Assembly (NCBI GenBank): GCA_963781585.1
Contig: CAWAGQ010000005.1
Coordinates: 192,001-256,000 of the forward strand
Origin: an uncultured Gemmatimonadaceae bacterium
Lineage (GTDB): Bacteria > Gemmatimonadota > Gemmatimonadetes > Gemmatimonadales > Gemmatimonadaceae
Reading direction: 5' to 3'
Length of the DNA stretch: 64,000 nt
Shown here: piece after piece, positions 60,324 to 64,000 of the stretch
How the letters are laid out: every line of letters starts with the position of its first letter
How positions within the stretch are numbered: position 1 is the first letter of the stretch
Made by a program: the position numbers and the translations under genes
Notes under the pieces: generated by a model
What the model was told of the DNA's origin: nothing
What the model saw: the letters and a program-made list of their open reading frames with translations, nothing else
Database searches by the model: none

Positions 60324-61750
60324 GTCCGTCTCGAGACACGGTCGAGTCCGGAGCGCCGCGCCGGCTCCTCGACCGCCCTGCAACCGACCGACCGCTGATT
60401 GCTGTTCCGGCGGGCGCCGTGCTGTCGCGCGATGACGCCCAGGCACTCATCCGGCGCGTCATTGACATGTCGCACGCCGAGACGGTCAAGGTGATCATCG
60501 GCGGCGGGTACAGCGCCAACATCCGCTTCGCAGACAATCAGATTTCCACCGCCGGGAGCAGCACCGACTTCAACATCCAGGTCGAGAGCGCCTATGGCCC
60601 CAAGCACGCGATTGTGGTCACCAACGACACCAGCGACCAGGCCCTGAGTCGTGCCGTCGAACAGTCCGAGCGCCTGGCGCGGCTGTCGCCCGACGACCCC
60701 GAGGCCATGCCACCCCTTGCCTCCCAGACCTATCAACCCGTTGGCGCATACTTCGATTCGGCCGCCGACATGACGCCGGACGAACGTGCACGAGTCGCGC
60801 TCACGGCCCTCGATCCGGCTCGCAGGGCCGGTGACCTCAAAGCGGCTGGCTTCCTCGTTCTCAATGCCGGGTGTACCGCGCTCGGCAACAATCACGGCCT
60901 GTTCGCCTATCACCGCTCCACCAACGCGAACTACACGCTCACCGTCCGCACCGCCGACGGCACCGGTTCCGGCTGGGCCGGCGCCGAGCATAACGACGCC
61001 GGTAAGGTCGCCTTCGACGCCGTGAGCCGGCAGGCCATCGAGAAGGCCAGACTCTCCCGACAGCCGGTCGCGATCGAACCGGGACGCTACACGGTGATCT
61101 TCGAACCCCAGGCCGTCGGTGACCTCTGCCAGCTCATCGGCTTCTACCTGGACGCCCGCTCCAGCGACGAGGGACGAAGTCCGTTCGTCAAGCAGGGCGG
61201 CGGCACCAGGATCGGCGAGAAAATCATCGACGAACGGGTCGATATCTACGCCGACCCCTTCGACCCCATGGTGCTGGCTCAGCCGTTTGACTTCGACGGC
61301 CTGCCGTTAGGCAGACAGGATTTCGTCCGCAAGGGCGTGCTCCGGACGCTGTACTACTCCCGCTTCTGGGCGAAGAAGAAGGGCGTCGATCCCACCGGCG
61401 CACCCACCTCGTTCGTCATGAGCGGCGGACAATCGAGCCTCGAGGAGATGATCGCCAGCACACCCCGCGGCGTCCTCGTCACCCGCCTCTGGTATCTCCG
61501 CGAGGTCGACCCCAGGACCATCCTCTACACCGGCCTCACGCGCGACGGCACCTTCCTCATCGAGAACGGAAAGATCACCAGGGCCATCAAGAACTTCCGG
61601 TTCAACGACTCACCCCTGATCATGCTCAACAACCTCGAGATGATCGGCCGGCCTGTACGACTGGCCGGCACCGAGGCCGGTGGAGCGGTCGTCGTCCCGC
61701 CCATCAAGGTCCGCGACTTCAACTTCACCAGCCTGTCGGACGCGGTCTAG
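60320..61750 (+). CDS. tldE: TldE/PmbA family protein
   Basis: ATGA overlap with tldD; RFADNQI, EPGRYTVIFEP, FDFDG and TGLTRDGTFLIENG. Confidence 0.88.
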   Translation: MSPSRDTVESGAPRRLLDRPATDRPLIAVPAGAVLSRDDAQALIRRVIDMSHAETVKVIIGGGYSANIRFADNQISTAGSSTDFNIQVESAYGPKHAIVVTNDTSDQALSRAVEQSERLARLSPDDPEAMPPLASQTYQPVGAYFDSAADMTPDERARVALTALDPARRAGDLKAAGFLVLNAGCTALGNNHGLFAYHRSTNANYTLTVRTADGTGSGWAGAEHNDAGKVAFDAVSRQAIEKARLSRQPVAIEPGRYTVIFEPQAVGDLCQLIGFYLDARSSDEGRSPFVKQGGGTRIGEKIIDERVDIYADPFDPMVLAQPFDFDGLPLGRQDFVRKGVLRTLYYSRFWAKKKGVDPTGAPTSFVMSGGQSSLEEMIASTPRGVLVTRLWYLREVDPRTILYTGLTRDGTFLIENGKITRAIKNFRFNDSPLIMLNNLEMIGRPVRLAGTEAGGAVVVPPIKVRDFNFTSLSDAV

Positions 61751-61770
61751 TCGGCCACCCCACGGAGCCC

Positions 61771-63396
61771 TCAGCGGCGCGACGCCCTCTCTCGTCGCAG
61801 GGCGCGGCCGGCCAGGACCCCGATCACCCGCCCATCCTCGACCGCCGGCCTGCCATTCACCCACACGTACCGCACCCCGACCGCCAGTCGCTCGGGCTCC
61901 TGATACGTGGCGCGATCCGCGTAGGTCGCGGTGTCCAGCACCACCACATCCGCAAAGTACCCCTCGCGGAGCATCCCGCGCGCCGCCAGCCCCAGCTCCT
62001 CCGCCGCCAGACTGCTGCTGCGTCGAACCGCCTCCGCCAGCGACATCACACCCTTGCCGAATACGTACTCGTGGAATTTCCGCGGAAACGTGCCGTACTT
62101 GCGCGGGTGACCGTCCGATCCGTCCGACCCCGTCATCACGAAATCCTGCCGCATGAAATTCACGATGTCGGACTCCTGCATGTTGAAGCTGGCAATGCCC
62201 GCACCACCCGTCATGATGATGTCGATCGCCGCCTTGATCGGATCTGCTCCTCGTGCTGCCGCGATTTCGGCCAGCGTCTTCCCCACCAGATCCGCCCGCG
62301 ATCGGTCCGTGATCAGAATTGCCGCCGCGCCGCCGCGGCGGCGGAGATTCTCGCGCATCTCTCCTTCCAGTCGCGCACGCGTCGCGCTGTCGGCCACCCG
62401 GCGCCGCAGGGAATCGCGACCCCCGGCTTCCGCCCACCGCGGAAGCAACGACGCGCTCACACTCGACCCGCTCGCGGTGTACGGATACTGATCGGCCGTC
62501 ACTCGCTCCCCCGACGCCCGCGCCGCGCGAATCATCGCGATGATCGAGTCGCTCATTCCCCACACATCCGTTCCGAGCGCCTTGATGTGCGAAATGTGGA
62601 CCGCCACCCTCGCCTCGCGGCCGATCCGCAGGGCCTCCGCGACCGCTCCCGATAACCCGATCGTGTACGAGCTCTCGTCGCGCAGGTGCGAGTCGTAAAT
62701 CCCGTCCGGCGCAATCTCTCGCGTCAGGGCGATAACCTCTTCCGTTGTCGCATAGCTCTGCGGAGCGTAGTACAAACCGGTGCTCATGCCCAATGCACCA
62801 TCGGCCATCGCCCGCCGTACCAGCACACGCATTGAATCGACCTGAGCGCGGGTCGGTGCTGCCGATGACATGCCGAGCAACCGTTGGCGCACGCTGCCGA
62901 ACCCGATATACAGCGCGGCGTTCGTACCGATCCCCTGCCGTTGCCAGCCTGCCAGTGCCTCGCCCACGTCTACCGGACCACCCCCGTCGTTTCCGGTGAT
63001 CGTCGTCGTCACCCCCTGCAGCAGATATGGCGCGTTCACGCGACGGCTATAATCACGGCTCGCCAGATCCGCCATCACGTGCGCGTGTGGATCGATGAAG
63101 CCCGGCACCACCACCAACCCCTCGGCAGGTACCGTCCGCACCGCCGTGATCCCGGCGCGCGCCGCGTCCCCGATGAATGCGATCCGATCATCCCGGATGC
63201 CGACATCCGCGATCCGCGGCGCGGCGCCGCTGCCGTCCACCACCAGACCACCCCGCACCAGGACGTCGAGGCGCCCGGCGCCTTGGGCGTGCAACCCCGC
63301 CGTCACACTCCACAAGGCGAGCGCCATGACCCCGCGTCGGATCGACGCGGGGACACCGGCACACCGACGGAGCGAAAAACGGGTCTGCGCCGACAT
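61771..63396 (-). CDS. Secreted N-acyl-D-amino-acid deacylase family amidohydrolase
   Basis: PGFIDPHAH, STGLYYAP, SHLRDE, HISHIK, GSDG and HPRKYGTFPR. Start uncertain. Confidence 0.9.
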   Translation of the reverse strand: MSAQTRFSLRRCAGVPASIRRGVMALALWSVTAGLHAQGAGRLDVLVRGGLVVDGSGAAPRIADVGIRDDRIAFIGDAARAGITAVRTVPAEGLVVVPGFIDPHAHVMADLASRDYSRRVNAPYLLQGVTTTITGNDGGGPVDVGEALAGWQRQGIGTNAALYIGFGSVRQRLLGMSSAAPTRAQVDSMRVLVRRAMADGALGMSTGLYYAPQSYATTEEVIALTREIAPDGIYDSHLRDESSYTIGLSGAVAEALRIGREARVAVHISHIKALGTDVWGMSDSIIAMIRAARASGERVTADQYPYTASGSSVSASLLPRWAEAGGRDSLRRRVADSATRARLEGEMRENLRRRGGAAAILITDRSRADLVGKTLAEIAAARGADPIKAAIDIIMTGGAGIASFNMQESDIVNFMRQDFVMTGSDGSDGHPRKYGTFPRKFHEYVFGKGVMSLAEAVRRSSSLAAEELGLAARGMLREGYFADVVVLDTATYADRATYQEPERLAVGVRYVWVNGRPAVEDGRVIGVLAGRALRRERASRR

Positions 63397-63523
63397 GCCG
63401 GCCAAACTATGCCCCGGCACCGGCGGGAGTCAGGGGCTCCGGCCGGGAATTCCCACCCGGCCATGGTTGCCTCGTCGCGCACCGCTGCGCATCGTAGCCC
63501 ACTCCCGTGACGAGACCAGCTTG

Positions 63524-64000
63524 ATGCCATCGATCCGATCCACCCATTCACTCACCGCGCTGTCGACATCCCTGGCGCGGTCGACGCAGCGATCACGCGG
63601 CGTCCGCTCCTCCGGTGTCGGCTTGCCCGACCACCAGCTCCGCAAGGGACCCGCGCACCCTTGGCAGCGCGGTTGGCGCTTTCCCGTACTGCTCGTCGCC
63701 GCGCTGCTTGTTGCGCTTCCCGCAGGCCTCCACGCACAGCGACTTCGGGATCGTCTCTCTCAGCTGTTCATCTTCGGCCCGGGCGAGGAACCCTTGTTCC
63801 TGGCCGGAACCGCCACGGCTTCCAACCCGGACATCATCCGCATCCACGGCAATCACTTCGTCCCCTCCGCCGTGGCGGAAAATGGATCGGTCATCGGCTT
63901 CGTGACCGGCGCCCTGGCCTCGCGCGTGGCAAGTGTCCCCATCGGCGCGACCACCAGCGGCGAGACCTTCCGCTTTGAAGGCGGCGTGCCGGTCAGCACC
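63524..64000 (+). CDS. Partial secreted protein, probably outer-membrane transporter-like; runs off the window edge
   Basis: Not in the ORF track. Open frame to the window end: …FPVLLVAALLVALPAGLHA-QRLRDRLSQLFIFG…HGNHFVPSA…SVPIGATTSGETFRFEGGVPVST. Confidence 0.6.
   Translation, partial: MPSIRSTHSLTALSTSLARSTQRSRGVRSSGVGLPDHQLRKGPAHPWQRGWRFPVLLVAALLVALPAGLHAQRLRDRLSQLFIFGPGEEPLFLAGTATASNPDIIRIHGNHFVPSAVAENGSVIGFVTGALASRVASVPIGATTSGETFRFEGGVPVST

Larger units (their letters stand above)
2190..61311. repeat. Dispersed over-represented octamer RCCTAACG / CGTTAGGY (18 copies counted)
   Basis: CCTAACG at 5262, 5721, 15430, 25099, 25663, 32329, 40022, 53030, 54321, 55037. CGTTAGG at 2190, 6079, 9383, 14969, 17606, 24207, 31973, 61305. 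Confidence 0.85.

Noticed and set aside
6079..61311. TTA codons as bldA-like translational control
   Set aside because: The TTA codons sit in a fixed nCG-TTA-GG context, and the same motif occurs in the opposite orientation as CCT-AAC-G. This points to a DNA-level signal rather than tRNA control.
2190..61311. RCCTAACG as a Chi- or KOPS-like polar motif
   Set aside because: The 10 versus 8 strand split is interleaved along the window with no polarity.

Overview
A 64 kb window of a high-GC bacterial chromosome (about 68% GC by eye). The gene families and style suggest Gemmatimonadota (inference). It is densely coding, with about 50 genes, and I found no rRNA, tRNA, CRISPR array or intact transposase. 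Content is dominated by exported hydrolases and beta-propeller or outer-membrane proteins: an S9 peptidase, M20 and M48 peptidases, amidohydrolases, a BNR/VPS10-like protein and a Tat-exported TldD/TldE pair. It also carries IorAB, a VapBC module, a Sco-PCuAC/CtaG copper-delivery pair, scattered 3-ketoglycoside pathway genes and AmmeMemoRadiSam genes. The most striking signal not explained by the genes is a non-palindromic octamer, RCCTAACG. I counted 18 copies, all inside coding sequence and on both strands, and they force rare TTA or CCT codons. Other unexplained structure includes dispersed intergenic heptamer arrays, a 26-bp tandem repeat, two internal-deletion gene scars and single-base frameshifts that look like assembly errors. 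Start codons were chosen by eye from RBS and signal-peptide context. All family calls come from motif recognition, not database searches.
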